Source: an uncultured bacterium (lineage in GTDB: Bacteria; Zixibacteria; MSB-5A5; CAIYYT01). From it: DNA of 64,000 bases. The stretch spans positions 160,001 through 224,000 of the forward strand of contig CAVSCK010000004.1 of NCBI GenBank assembly GCA_963726455.1, given 5' to 3'. Positions within the stretch are counted from its first letter, which is position 1. The number at the start of each line of letters is the position of its first letter. The position numbers and the translations under genes were made by a program. The notes beneath the pieces were generated by a model. The model saw nothing but the letters and a program-made list of their open reading frames with translations, made no database searches and had not been told where the DNA came from. This document shows, piece by piece, positions 46,135 through 56,015 of this stretch.

Positions 46135-48216
46135 CTAGTCCTCGCTGCCTTTGCGTGTCGCCTGATAGGCGGCCATAACCTTCTCAGCGATTTCTTTGGG
46201 GACGGTCTCGTAATGGCTGAATTTCTGGCTGTGGCGACCGCGACCGCCGGTCATTGACCGCAATGTGGTCGAGTACTTGAATAGTTCTGCCAGTGGCGCC
46301 TGAGCTTTGATCCGCTGATATTTTCCGGCGGGTTCCATGCCCATGATTCTGCCGCGACGCGAGGACATATCGCCCATGACGTCGCCGGTGTTGCTATCGG
46401 GCACGACGATTTCCAGGTCGCAGATCGGCTCCAAGAGCACGGGGTTGCATTCCATGAATGCGTTCTTGAAGGCAATCGAACCGGCAATCTTGAAAGCCAT
46501 ATCGGAGGAGTCAACCGTGTGGTACGAACCATAATAGAGCGTTACGCGCAAGTCGACGACCTGATTGCCGGAGAGCGCGCCTTCGACCATGGCCTCGATC
46601 ACGCCCTTCTCGACCGAGGGAACAAACTTGGCAGGAATCACGCCGCCCGTGATGGCATCGACGAATTCGAAGCCCTTGCCGCGCGCTTGCGGTTCCATGC
46701 GAATCGAGACGTCGCCGTACTGGCCGCGACCGCCCGTTTGTTTCTTATAGCGGTATGACGTTTCGGTCTTTTTAGTAACGGTTTCGCGATATGGGATCTT
46801 CGGTTGTTCGAGTTCGACGTCGACGCCGTACAGGTTCTTTAGTTTCTTGACGATAACGTCGAGATGGAGTTCGCCCTGACCGTAGAGAATCGTTTGTTTA
46901 AGTTCGGGATTAACTTCGACTACAAACGTCGGGTCCTCATTGCGGAGCGCCGTCAGGCCAGAAGACATTTTTTCTTCTTCGCCCTTGGAGGTGGCGCGAA
47001 TTGCGAAATCAATCGTTGGCGCGGGAAATTCGACCGGCGGAATCTGCACCGGATCTTTCTTGTCGCAGAGAGTATCGCCGGTATGGGTGTCTTTGAGTTT
47101 GACGAGCGCGCCGATGTCGCCAGAGTGAACGACCGACATGTCGCTGCGATCCTTGCCTCGCAAGGCAAATATCTGGCCGATCTTCTCGGCGGAGCTGTGC
47201 GTGGCGTTATAGACTTCGTCGCCGACATGGAGTACACCGCTATACAGACGGAACAGATTCAGTTCGCCGACGTGGCGTTCAGCAATGGTCTTGAAGACGA
47301 ACGCGCAAACGGGCTGGTCGTCGCCGGTCTTGAGAGTCACCACTTTGTCGCCTTTCATAGCGGAAATCTCGGTGGTATCGGAAGGCGCCGGGAAGAACTG
47401 AATGGCAAACTCCAACAGGGGAATGGCACCACGGTTGGTAGTTGCCGAGGTCACGAACACCGGGAACAGCAGCCGTTTGGCAATGGCTTTCTTGAGGCCG
47501 GTCTTGAGCTCGTCCGGAGTTAATTCGCCCGCTTCAAAGAACTTTTCGAGGAGGGCATCATCAGATTCGGCGGCAGCTTCCATCAATTTGTCTTTGGCGG
47601 CTTTGCATTTGGCCTCCATGTCGCCGGGAATGGGAACTTCTTTGGCTTCGCCATCGGCGCTCAGTTCGTAGCCCTTCATTTTCAGGACGTCGACGTACCC
47701 TTTGAAAGTAAGGGCCTCGCCGATAGGAAGTTGCACCGGAAGCGCGCGCGGGCTGAGCAGGTCATGGACTTTCGCCAGCACATCGTCGAACTTTACATGT
47801 TCTTTTTCGATCTTGTTGATTACGACTGCCAGGGGGCAGTGGTATTTTTCGGCCAATTCGAAGGCGAATTCGGAGCCGGATTCAGGGCCGCCGAAAGCGT
47901 CGACGACCAGCAAGGCGGTGTCGACCACGCGCATGCCGCTGACGACTTCGCCGGCGAAATCGGAGTATCCGGGCAGGTCGAGAACGTTGATCTTGTGGTT
48001 CCTGAATTCACAATGAACGAAAGCGCCGGAAATGGAAATGCGGCGCCGGATTTCTTCATCAGTGTAATCGGAAGCGGTGGAGCCGTCATCAACTTTGCCA
48101 AGCCGCGCGATTGCCTTGGTGGAGTAGAGAAGGGATTCGGACAGGGAGGTCTTGCCGCAACCGCCGTGTCCGACCAATGCAATGTTGCGAATCTGATCTA
48201 CTGCATATTCTTTCAA
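46135..48216 (-). CDS. fusA: Elongation factor G paralogue (EF-G2 type)
   Basis: Five-domain EF-G (GQGELHL, PYRET, KQTGGRGQYG, YHTVDSS) with divergent G motifs GHGGCGKT, RRISI, DLPGY, NKIE; outside the str operon; TTG start. Confidence 0.9.
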   Translation of the reverse strand: MKEYAVDQIRNIALVGHGGCGKTSLSESLLYSTKAIARLGKVDDGSTASDYTDEEIRRRISISGAFVHCEFRNHKINVLDLPGYSDFAGEVVSGMRVVDTALLVVDAFGGPESGSEFAFELAEKYHCPLAVVINKIEKEHVKFDDVLAKVHDLLSPRALPVQLPIGEALTFKGYVDVLKMKGYELSADGEAKEVPIPGDMEAKCKAAKDKLMEAAAESDDALLEKFFEAGELTPDELKTGLKKAIAKRLLFPVFVTSATTNRGAIPLLEFAIQFFPAPSDTTEISAMKGDKVVTLKTGDDQPVCAFVFKTIAERHVGELNLFRLYSGVLHVGDEVYNATHSSAEKIGQIFALRGKDRSDMSVVHSGDIGALVKLKDTHTGDTLCDKKDPVQIPPVEFPAPTIDFAIRATSKGEEEKMSSGLTALRNEDPTFVVEVNPELKQTILYGQGELHLDVIVKKLKNLYGVDVELEQPKIPYRETVTKKTETSYRYKKQTGGRGQYGDVSIRMEPQARGKGFEFVDAITGGVIPAKFVPSVEKGVIEAMVEGALSGNQVVDLRVTLYYGSYHTVDSSDMAFKIAGSIAFKNAFMECNPVLLEPICDLEIVVPDSNTGDVMGDMSSRRGRIMGMEPAGKYQRIKAQAPLAELFKYSTTLRSMTGGRGRHSQKFSHYETVPKEIAEKVMAAYQATRKGSED

Positions 48217-48257
48217 AGCGAATACTCCTATCGAAAAGAATCAAAATATAATCTTTT

Positions 48258-48286
48258 ATTTTAGCTAACCGGCTCAGGTTTGTCAA
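48258..48286 (-). promoter_or_regulatory. Putative sigma70 promoter of EF-G2
   Basis: Minus strand TTGACA-N17-TAAAAT. Confidence 0.65.
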
Positions 48287-48419
48287 CGGAATATTGGGGC
48301 AGTTCTGAGGTGTTAGGGGGCGGTTTTTCGTCCAAAAAGCTGTGCAAATGCTGCACATTGAAGCGATTCGGGCGGATCGGAAGCAACCTGTGACGATAAT
48401 GCCGGTGAGAGGTGAAAGC

Positions 48420-48623
48420 ATGTACGACAATTCGATAATCGGCCTCAGAATGAACCTGGAGTCGTTAAGTCGCGCCGCGGAACGAGTGGCCAGACCTGAC
48501 TTAGCCGATCTGCCCGAAGAGACGGTGAACATGATGGTGGCGGAGCGCGGTTTTGAAGCGAATCTGGTGGCGCTGAGGACATCTATGGAAATGTCGCGGC
48601 GGGTCCTTGATTTATTTGCGTGA
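48420..48623 (+). CDS. Small flagellar basal-body rod/hook C-terminal-domain-like protein (67 aa)
   Basis: DLPEETVNMMVAERGFEANLVALRTSMEMSRRVLDL resembles rod/hook C-terminal helix; GAGGTG SD. Confidence 0.72.
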   Translation: MYDNSIIGLRMNLESLSRAAERVARPDLADLPEETVNMMVAERGFEANLVALRTSMEMSRRVLDLFA

Positions 48624-48637
48624 GCAAGTAAGGGACT

Positions 48638-49624
48638 TCACTCGCGGTCGATTGATTCGACTATTTCCAGTAAACGATCGCGACGAGCGGCGTATGAGAA
48701 GTGCATCAGGATTCGCTGGCGGGCTCTTTCTCCTTCCGATTCAGGCATTGCCAGAGCTTTCCTGACAGCTTCGGCAACAACCGTGGGCTCTCTTGATTCG
48801 ACGACGATACCGCAATCACCGACGACTTCGGGCAGAGCTCCCGCATTAGATACCACCGGAATACACCTGCATAACATGGCTTCGGCGACGGAACAGCCAA
48901 AGGCCTCATGGCGAGAAATCTGCAAGTAAACTTTGGCTGCCGACAGATTCTCGACCAGCGCGTCGAAAGGAACCCGACGTGTAGATTCGAGATTCGACGG
49001 CAAGGAGTGACCCAGCAGAGCGGTAACGTCGGATTTGACATCTCCGATGTGCTGAAAAGAGACATCGGGTAGCGCTTCGGCGATTCGGACAAAGTCGTAG
49101 ATTCCTTTTCTCAGCCAAGTCGATTGCGTCAGTCCACTAACACTTGTCACGACGGCTCGCTTGAACGTTGCGGTCTCCTTCCCGATGTCTTCGAATCCGT
49201 GATAGATCAGTGTAATGGCAGATTCAGAGATCCCGAGATTGCCGATGATTTCACGGCGGGATGCGGCAGAGACGGCCAGAATTCGGTCAGAAAGACGAAG
49301 CAGGAGCTTCTTCAAAAATCGCGATAAGGGTTTTCTTGCGGCACCGTAGTCGATTTCGGGCATATTGACGGCTTCGTAACCACCGACGACGGTCACGATC
49401 TTTTTTCCCAGCAGGCGCGCGATCAGCACCAGCGGGAACGCGTACGAAGAGGCAAACCACAGGAACAGAAGATCGGATTTCGTCAGAGCTGCCACATCTC
49501 CGAGGAATCGGAAGGGGTTTACGTGATGAATATTGCGGTCGACGACATCGTGCCGTTCGCGCAGAATCCTCAGGTCGCGCAGGATGAACGAAGACTGATC
49601 GGGAAAGACGAAGAGAATTTTCAC
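48638..49624 (-). CDS. Glycosyltransferase family 4
   Basis: RKG, EAFGCSVAEAM, SNAGALPEVVG. Confidence 0.9.
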   Translation of the reverse strand: MKILFVFPDQSSFILRDLRILRERHDVVDRNIHHVNPFRFLGDVAALTKSDLLFLWFASSYAFPLVLIARLLGKKIVTVVGGYEAVNMPEIDYGAARKPLSRFLKKLLLRLSDRILAVSAASRREIIGNLGISESAITLIYHGFEDIGKETATFKRAVVTSVSGLTQSTWLRKGIYDFVRIAEALPDVSFQHIGDVKSDVTALLGHSLPSNLESTRRVPFDALVENLSAAKVYLQISRHEAFGCSVAEAMLCRCIPVVSNAGALPEVVGDCGIVVESREPTVVAEAVRKALAMPESEGERARQRILMHFSYAARRDRLLEIVESIDRE

Positions 49625-49696
49625 GACGACAATTAAGGTGAAACTAGAGTTGCGGCAAGCAGGAATGTGTGATGAATCTGGAGAAATGGAGCGAGA

Positions 49697-50407
49697 CTAT
49701 TGGGTCGCCGGCTCTGTCTTGGGTTTCATGTGTTCGGGCAGCAGAGCTGGATTGAGGCGGAGAGGGAGATCAACGCGCTCCAACTCTTTGCCACTGGCCG
49801 AAGTGACTGCAAACGTGAAGACAGTATCGGTATCCATTCGCCAGCCGATCGGTTTGAATTTCGCTTCCTGCTCGTATTCGCGGTACCAGTAATTAAGGTT
49901 CATCGGCACGGGAATGTCAATGCCCAGCGGATCGGTGATATAGACGTACAGACGGCGGTCGGAATCGTAAAACCCATACGTCAGGAATTTGCTGTCGGGA
50001 GACCAGAGCCCGGGATAGAAAGTGGCCTGGTTTGCGAACATGAGAAACTTCACGTATTCCTCTCTCACGTCGGCCATTCCGAGCCACTGATCGCCTTCGC
50101 CACAAGCGAATTCGATATAGCGCTGATTCGGCGAAACACAGATAAAGTGGAAACGACGGTTGTCGAAACGCTGCGTGGAATCGTGCGGCACGAAAGTCGG
50201 TACTGTGTCTGGCAGTTCGGAAGCGCGAAGAAACGGTTCCCTGGCGCCTTGTTTCTGGATAGCCGTGCCATTGTCAGACAGCACATAGATGCCGACGACA
50301 ACATCCGGTTTGGGCTTTGAGGTAATCAATATCGCCGCTACTGCAACAATAACCAGCAATAGGGCGAGTGAGATTAGTCGGTATGTAGTCTTGCGTTTCA
50401 CTGGCAA
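49697..50407 (-). CDS. Hypothetical membrane-anchored protein (possible partial beta-propeller)
   Basis: N-terminal TM; VSPNQRYI and WSPDSKFL PD40-like motifs. Confidence 0.6.
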   Translation of the reverse strand: MPVKRKTTYRLISLALLLVIVAVAAILITSKPKPDVVVGIYVLSDNGTAIQKQGAREPFLRASELPDTVPTFVPHDSTQRFDNRRFHFICVSPNQRYIEFACGEGDQWLGMADVREEYVKFLMFANQATFYPGLWSPDSKFLTYGFYDSDRRLYVYITDPLGIDIPVPMNLNYWYREYEQEAKFKPIGWRMDTDTVFTFAVTSASGKELERVDLPLRLNPALLPEHMKPKTEPATQ

Positions 50408-50439
50408 GAGAGGTTAGCTTTCAATCCGGTCCAAATTAA

Positions 50440-50466
50440 GAAGCCGGCGCTTACGCTGCCGGCTTC
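50440..50466 (-). terminator. Hairpin/terminator after rocD
   Basis: gaagccggc-gcttacgct-gccggcttc. Confidence 0.6.
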
Positions 50467-50484
50467 GGTAAAATCTTTCTTTTC

Positions 50485-51774
50485 CTAGTCGACCAGCACC
50501 TTTTCGAGCCGTTCGAGAATGTAATCCGCCTCGTCCTGATTAATTATAAGTGGCGGGCTGATTCTGATCGTGTGGTGGTGACTGTCGTTGGCGAGGATGC
50601 CGAGATCAAGCAGCTTCTCGCAGTAGACCATAGCGTCACCGTTCTTGACCTCGATTCCGATAAACAAACCGCGGCCGCGAACTTCCTTGACATGAGTGGA
50701 GCGCTTCGCGATTTCGGTAATCTTCTCTTTGAGATACTTGCCGGTACGAGCTGACTTGTCAGTGAGATGCTCTTCTTTGAAGACATCCAGCGCCGCAATG
50801 CCCGCCGCACAAGCAAGCGAGTAGCCGCCGTACGTGGATCCGTCCGAGCCGGGATGGAACACCAAGTCCATCAGTTCAGAGTTGGTGACCAGTGCGGACA
50901 AAGGCACCAAACCGCCGGAAACGGCTTTACCGATAACGACGGCATCAGGAAATTCCGGTTCGTGCTGGAAACAGAAATCTTTGCCGGTACGACCGAGTCC
51001 AACTTGAATTTCGTCGGCGACCAGAAGCAAGTCATTCTTATCGCAGATTTCGCGCAAGCCGGTCATAAAACCGTCTGGAGGAATGAACATTCCGCCTTCG
51101 CCCTGCATCGGCTCAACCAGAATACCGCAGGTGTTCTTGGTGATGAGGCGCTGTACGTCGGCGAGATCGCCGTATTTGGCCGTCTTGAATCCTGGAAGGA
51201 GCGGGCCAAAACCTTCTTTGTAGTAAGCTGAATCGGAAAATGAAATGACGGCAATCATGCGGCCATGGAAATTCGAACTAAAGACGATGATTTCCTGCTG
51301 GCCGTCGGTGATGCCTTTCTTCTTGTAGCCGTAATAGCGCATCAACTTGATGGCGGTTTCAACTGATTCAACGCCGCCGTTTTTCAAGAGCGCTTTGTTG
51401 CCATGCTTGCCGAATCGTGGCCCTAGTTGCGGTACCAGCGTGCACAGTTTTTCGAGAAAGAGTGCGCGAACATCGGTATAGATGACGTTAGAAATTACCG
51501 AACCGTAACCATGTTCGAGAGCGTGCACGAGTGCGGCAACGATCTTGGGATGATGGTGTCCGGGATTGGCGGCGCTATATGCGGCAAGGCAATCAAGAAT
51601 GCGGCGGCCGTCAGAAGTATACAACCAGGCGCCTTCAGTCTTGCGGATGACAGCTCGCAAACGATGATAGTGGTTCGCTCCGTACTGGGTCTCTAAACTG
51701 AGGATTTGATCGTCTGAAGTGTCGGAAAAGCCGAGCGCGGCCGTAATTTTACCACTAATCGTGTCGTAAGCCAT
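50485..51774 (-). CDS. rocD: Ornithine aminotransferase (class III PLP)
   Basis: GANHYH, DCLAAYSA.N.GHHHP, NFHGR, EPMQGEGG, ADEIQVGLGRTG, GKAVSGG, STYGG. Confidence 0.85.
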   Translation of the reverse strand: MAYDTISGKITAALGFSDTSDDQILSLETQYGANHYHRLRAVIRKTEGAWLYTSDGRRILDCLAAYSAANPGHHHPKIVAALVHALEHGYGSVISNVIYTDVRALFLEKLCTLVPQLGPRFGKHGNKALLKNGGVESVETAIKLMRYYGYKKKGITDGQQEIIVFSSNFHGRMIAVISFSDSAYYKEGFGPLLPGFKTAKYGDLADVQRLITKNTCGILVEPMQGEGGMFIPPDGFMTGLREICDKNDLLLVADEIQVGLGRTGKDFCFQHEPEFPDAVVIGKAVSGGLVPLSALVTNSELMDLVFHPGSDGSTYGGYSLACAAGIAALDVFKEEHLTDKSARTGKYLKEKITEIAKRSTHVKEVRGRGLFIGIEVKNGDAMVYCEKLLDLGILANDSHHHTIRISPPLIINQDEADYILERLEKVLVD

Positions 51775-52033
51775 AGAAGTTCTCCGCGAAAAAGGATTTC
51801 GGGACGCCTTTCGCCGCCCGCCAAAACACAGCAAAGCAGTATATCCAATATGAAGGTGTTGTCAAGGGAATTGTGGCATTCACATGTGGACAGATAAGAG
51901 TATGTTTTGGTTGAGGTTATGGGAATTCGATGAACCGACTTGGCAGGTAGGAATGGTGTAAGAGCCAGTGGGCGGCTTTCGTGAGTGGCGGACTCAGTTG
52001 TGACGTAAGGTGTTGAAATACAATGTGTTGACT

Positions 52034-52084
52034 GGTTCGCCCCGAGCCTCCAGACTAAAGGCGTCCACGGGGATACGAACCTAC
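52034..52084 (-). repeat. GTAG-footed REP-like hairpin
   Basis: Minus strand GTAGGTTCGTATCCCCG..CGGGGCGAACC. Confidence 0.5.
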
Positions 52085-52111
52085 GAACGTTTCGTGGTCG
52101 GATAACAGCGA

Positions 52112-52531
52112 TCACTCGCCGGAGATCTGAATGACGATTTCGCGGTGTCGCGGCCGGTTGTCGAACTCGAGAACAACGATTTGTTGCCAGGTTCCGAGGA
52201 CCAAACGTCCGGACACGACCGGACAAGTAAAAGAAGCGCCAAGCAATGCAGCGCGCAGGTGAGCATAACCGTTGCCGTCGCCCCAGGTGCGGTCGTGGTT
52301 GTAGGTGGCGTTGGCGGGAATGATGCGCTCAAAGAAATCGGGGAGATCGGCAAGGAGTCCCGGCTCGTATTCAATGCTGGTGACGGCCGCCGTCGAACCG
52401 GGGACGAAGACCAGGGCCGTGCCGTTCTGAATGTCTGACTCTCGCAGGGACTCGGCAACCTTGGGAGTCAGGTCGATAATGTCGCCATCGCCTTTAGTGC
52501 TGATCTTAATGCCGAAGGATTTTACTGGCAT
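52112..52531 (-). CDS. yjbQ: YjbQ/UPF0047 secondary thiamine-phosphate synthase family
   Basis: GSTAA..IEYEPG, Y.HD..GDGNG.AH, LGTWQQI..EFD. Confidence 0.88.
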   Translation of the reverse strand: MPVKSFGIKISTKGDGDIIDLTPKVAESLRESDIQNGTALVFVPGSTAAVTSIEYEPGLLADLPDFFERIIPANATYNHDRTWGDGNGYAHLRAALLGASFTCPVVSGRLVLGTWQQIVVLEFDNRPRHREIVIQISGE

Positions 52532-52638
52532 GTTCGTTGTACCTCGTAATGGACTCCAGGTCCGCCGCTGCAACGGGGAACAGGGCGTCAAGTTTCGGGT
52601 TGACTCAGGTATATGCGAGCGATATCATAACCGCCACT

Positions 52639-53283
52639 ATGGACGAAACTAAACCATATTTTGTCGACACACTCGTAGTCGGTAGTATTCAAGTTAACTG
52701 CTATGTCTTCGGCTGTCGAGCGACAAATCAGGCGGCGATCATCGATCCGGGAGGCGATGCGCAACTGATCCGGGATAAGGTGTCGCAACGGCGGGCGATC
52801 ATCAAACTGATTCTCCTGACTCACGGGCATTTTGACCATATCGGGGCTCTCAGAGAAATTCGCGAGGAATACGATTGTCCGGTGATGATTCATGCGGCTG
52901 AGGCGGATAGTCTGACGAATCCGATGAATAATTTGAGCGCGCTGACGGGATCGGGAATTGTGTGCGCCGCGCCGGACCGGACGCTTGTAGATGGGGACAC
53001 GGTACAGGTCGGTAATCTGGAACTGGAAGTGTTGCATACTCCGGGACATACAAGAGGGGGCGTCTGTTTTCGGCACGACGGACTGCTGTTCAGCGGGGAC
53101 ACGCTGTTCAACTCAGGAATTGGCAGGATCGATCTGCCGGGAGGCAGCAAGTCGCAATTGGAGCAGTCAATTCGCCGGAGAATATATACACTGCCGGATG
53201 ACACACTAGTGCTGCCGGGACATGGCGAGTCGACTACAGTCGGCTGTGAAAAACAATCAAACCCCTTTGTGAGAGCAAGATGA
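52639..53283 (+). CDS. MBL-fold metallo-hydrolase (glyoxalase II-like)
   Basis: THGHFDH, HTPGHT, FSGDTLF, PGHG. Confidence 0.92.
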   Translation: MDETKPYFVDTLVVGSIQVNCYVFGCRATNQAAIIDPGGDAQLIRDKVSQRRAIIKLILLTHGHFDHIGALREIREEYDCPVMIHAAEADSLTNPMNNLSALTGSGIVCAAPDRTLVDGDTVQVGNLELEVLHTPGHTRGGVCFRHDGLLFSGDTLFNSGIGRIDLPGGSKSQLEQSIRRRIYTLPDDTLVLPGHGESTTVGCEKQSNPFVRAR

Positions 53284-54119
53284 TGGAATTTCCGATCGGC
53301 GACAGCCACGTTCATCCGGATTTTTCAGTTGATGCAACCGGATCGGTGCGGGAGTACTGCACACGGGCATTTGAGTTGGGACTGTTTGAGATTACGTTTA
53401 CCTCTCACTACGAGTTACCACCGGAACGAAAAGACAAGATGGGATATTTCATGATCGACGGGCAGCGGGTGCCGGCCGGGCCGGACGCGGTGAAGCGCTA
53501 TATCGAAACCGTGAGAGAGGTCGGGGAGGAGTTTTTTCCGGCCGGTCTTAAAGTTGGTTGCGGTCTGGAAGTCGGCTGGAACAAGAATCTGTATGATCGG
53601 CTGGCGAAGGATTTGGAAAGTTTCGACTTGGATTTCGTGATCGGTTCGATTCACGACGTGCGTGACGTGCCGATTTTGGAGAAGGAATTCGCGCCGGAGT
53701 TTTTTGGTTCGCATCCGATTGAGTTCTGGATTGGGGATTATTTCAAGGTGGCGGAAGAGGCGGCGGAATCGGAGCTATTTGACGTTCTGGGGCATCTGGA
53801 TTGTTACAAGCGCTATGGCCTGAAGGTGTATGGCGATGCCATCAAGACCGCGCACGCTCCGTATCTTGAGAGTCTGTTCGAAAAGATGAAGTCGCACGAC
53901 ATGTTCCTGGAGCTCAACACGGCGGGAATAAGGCACGGTCTGGGTGAGTATTACCCGTCAATGGATATAATTAATACTGCGCGCCGCCTGGGAGTGCGGG
54001 TGTCGACATTAGGCTCGGATGCGCACAAGCCGGAGCAATTGGCGTATGATTTCGAAGCCGCCAGCCAACTGGTTCACGAGATCCTGCCGTGCGGACCTGA
54101 AGACGATTATGACGAATAA
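53280..54119 (+). CDS. Histidinol-phosphatase HisJ-family PHP hydrolase
   Basis: DSHVH, FTSH, GLEV, GSIH, GHLD, ELNT, GSDAH. Confidence 0.88.
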   Translation: MMEFPIGDSHVHPDFSVDATGSVREYCTRAFELGLFEITFTSHYELPPERKDKMGYFMIDGQRVPAGPDAVKRYIETVREVGEEFFPAGLKVGCGLEVGWNKNLYDRLAKDLESFDLDFVIGSIHDVRDVPILEKEFAPEFFGSHPIEFWIGDYFKVAEEAAESELFDVLGHLDCYKRYGLKVYGDAIKTAHAPYLESLFEKMKSHDMFLELNTAGIRHGLGEYYPSMDIINTARRLGVRVSTLGSDAHKPEQLAYDFEAASQLVHEILPCGPEDDYDE

Positions 54120-54687
54120 ACTGGGGCGGGAATTTTATCTGCAACCAACGTTAGTAGTGGCAAAGGGGCTGATCGGCAAAGTCTTTGTCTTTCGTCGCGA
54201 AGGCAAAACACTATCCGGAAGAATTGTAGAGACCGAGGCATATATTGGAGAGAATGATCCTGCCTGCCATGCACGATTTGGGATGACGAAACGAAATGCG
54301 ATTATGTATGGTGAGGGAGGATTTACCTACGTGTACTTCGTATATGGTATGTACAATATGCTGAACTTTGTCACCGAAAGTGAGGGGAGCCCGGCAGCGG
54401 TTCTTATTCGCGCGGTCGAGCCGATTGAAGGGATTTCGCTGATGAAGCTACGGCGGAAGTGCGAAGATGTTCGCCAGTTGACGTCAGGGCCGGGGAAACT
54501 GTGCCGGGCATTTGATATTACGGTGAAAGATAGCGGGCTTGATTTGACGGGTGATATTTGTTTCGTCGGTGATGAAGGGTATCACGCCAAGCAGATTGCG
54601 AAGTCGTCACGGATCGGGATCGGAGAAGGCGCCGAGATGCTCTGGCGATTCTATGAAACCGGGAACAGGTTCGTGTCGGTCAAATAG
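54109..54687 (+). CDS. DNA-3-methyladenine glycosylase (MPG/AAG family)
   Basis: GRIVETEAY, YVYFVYGMY, AVLIRA.EP, GPGKLC, RIGI. Confidence 0.93.
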   Translation: MTNKLGREFYLQPTLVVAKGLIGKVFVFRREGKTLSGRIVETEAYIGENDPACHARFGMTKRNAIMYGEGGFTYVYFVYGMYNMLNFVTESEGSPAAVLIRAVEPIEGISLMKLRRKCEDVRQLTSGPGKLCRAFDITVKDSGLDLTGDICFVGDEGYHAKQIAKSSRIGIGEGAEMLWRFYETGNRFVSVK

Positions 54688-54695
54688 GAGGAAAA

Positions 54696-55967
54696 ATGAA
54701 GGGCGAGATTAGTTCCAAAGAAATGCCGATGTCGGTCTTCGCGAATGTCGTGAGGCAGATCGACAATGCGGCATCGCTGCTGGGAGTCGAACCGGCATTA
54801 GTTGAGATTATCAAAATGCCGCGACGGTCGGTGATAGTGAATTTGCCGATCAAGATGGACGACGGGTCGTACCGGGTGTTTACCGGCTACCGGGTGCAGC
54901 ATTCGGTGGTACGGGGACCGGGCAAAGGAGGCATTCGGTATCATCCCAATGTCACGCTCGATGAAGTGCAGGCGCTGGCAAGCTGGATGACATGGAAGTG
55001 CGCGGTTGTGAATATTCCCTTTGGCGGCGCCAAGGGCGGGATCACGGTTGATCCGCACAAACTCTCGAAGCATGAATTAGAGCATCTGACGCGTCGCTAT
55101 GTCGCCGACTTGCTGGATGTGTTCGGACCGGAATCGGATGTGCCGGCGCCCGATGTCAACACGAATGAACAGACGATGGCGTGGATAATGGACACTTACT
55201 CGATGCACGTGCGCCACACGGAATCGGCAGTGGTGACTGGCAAGCCGCTCAATATGGGTGGATCGCTGGGACGGCGCGAGGCGACTGGCCGCGGCGTTAT
55301 GCTGAGCGTGCGTGAGGCGTGCAAGCGGCTGGGTTTGGATCTGAAAAAGGTTACAGCGGGAGTGGTCGGTTTCGGAAATGTCGGATCAGTGACGGCGGAT
55401 TTGTTGCATAAACAAGGAGTCAAGATTGTCGCGGTTACGGATGTGATGGGTGGAGTTTACGACAAGAACGGCCTGGATATTCCGAAGTTAATCGAACACG
55501 CCGCCAAGACCGGATCGGTCGTGGATTTTCCGGGGACTACTCCGATCGGCAACGAGGAGGTTGTCGCAGCGGAAATAGACGTACTGGTTCCCGCAGCGTT
55601 GGAGAACTTGATCACTGCGGATAATGCTGAGAACGTTCGAGCGAAGATTGTCGCGGAAGGAGCCAACGGGCCAACGACACCGGAGGCGGATGAGATACTC
55701 ACTCGCAAGGGTGTGTTCATTATTCCGGACATTCTCTGCAATGCGGGCGGTGTGACGGTGTCTTATTTCGAATGGGTACAGAATCGGGTAGGATATGCCT
55801 GGACAGAGAACGAGGTTAACGGTCGGCTGGAACTAGTAATGGTCAACGCTTTTGATGACGTCTACCAGATGGCCCAACAGTATAAGGTTAATATGAGGGT
55901 GGGAGCGTTTATGCTTGCAATACGCAGGGTCGTGGATGTTATTAAGTTACGGGGTGTGTATGCGTAA
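54696..55967 (+). CDS. gdhA: Glutamate dehydrogenase
   Basis: GPGKGGIRY, GGAKGG, DVPAPD, GFGNVG, EGANGP, GGVTVSYFEW. Confidence 0.95.
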   Translation: MKGEISSKEMPMSVFANVVRQIDNAASLLGVEPALVEIIKMPRRSVIVNLPIKMDDGSYRVFTGYRVQHSVVRGPGKGGIRYHPNVTLDEVQALASWMTWKCAVVNIPFGGAKGGITVDPHKLSKHELEHLTRRYVADLLDVFGPESDVPAPDVNTNEQTMAWIMDTYSMHVRHTESAVVTGKPLNMGGSLGRREATGRGVMLSVREACKRLGLDLKKVTAGVVGFGNVGSVTADLLHKQGVKIVAVTDVMGGVYDKNGLDIPKLIEHAAKTGSVVDFPGTTPIGNEEVVAAEIDVLVPAALENLITADNAENVRAKIVAEGANGPTTPEADEILTRKGVFIIPDILCNAGGVTVSYFEWVQNRVGYAWTENEVNGRLELVMVNAFDDVYQMAQQYKVNMRVGAFMLAIRRVVDVIKLRGVYA

Positions 55968-56015
55968 AGGTGATGACGTTTTGGGCCGGACTGAGCACCG
56001 GACGACGGAGGAACT

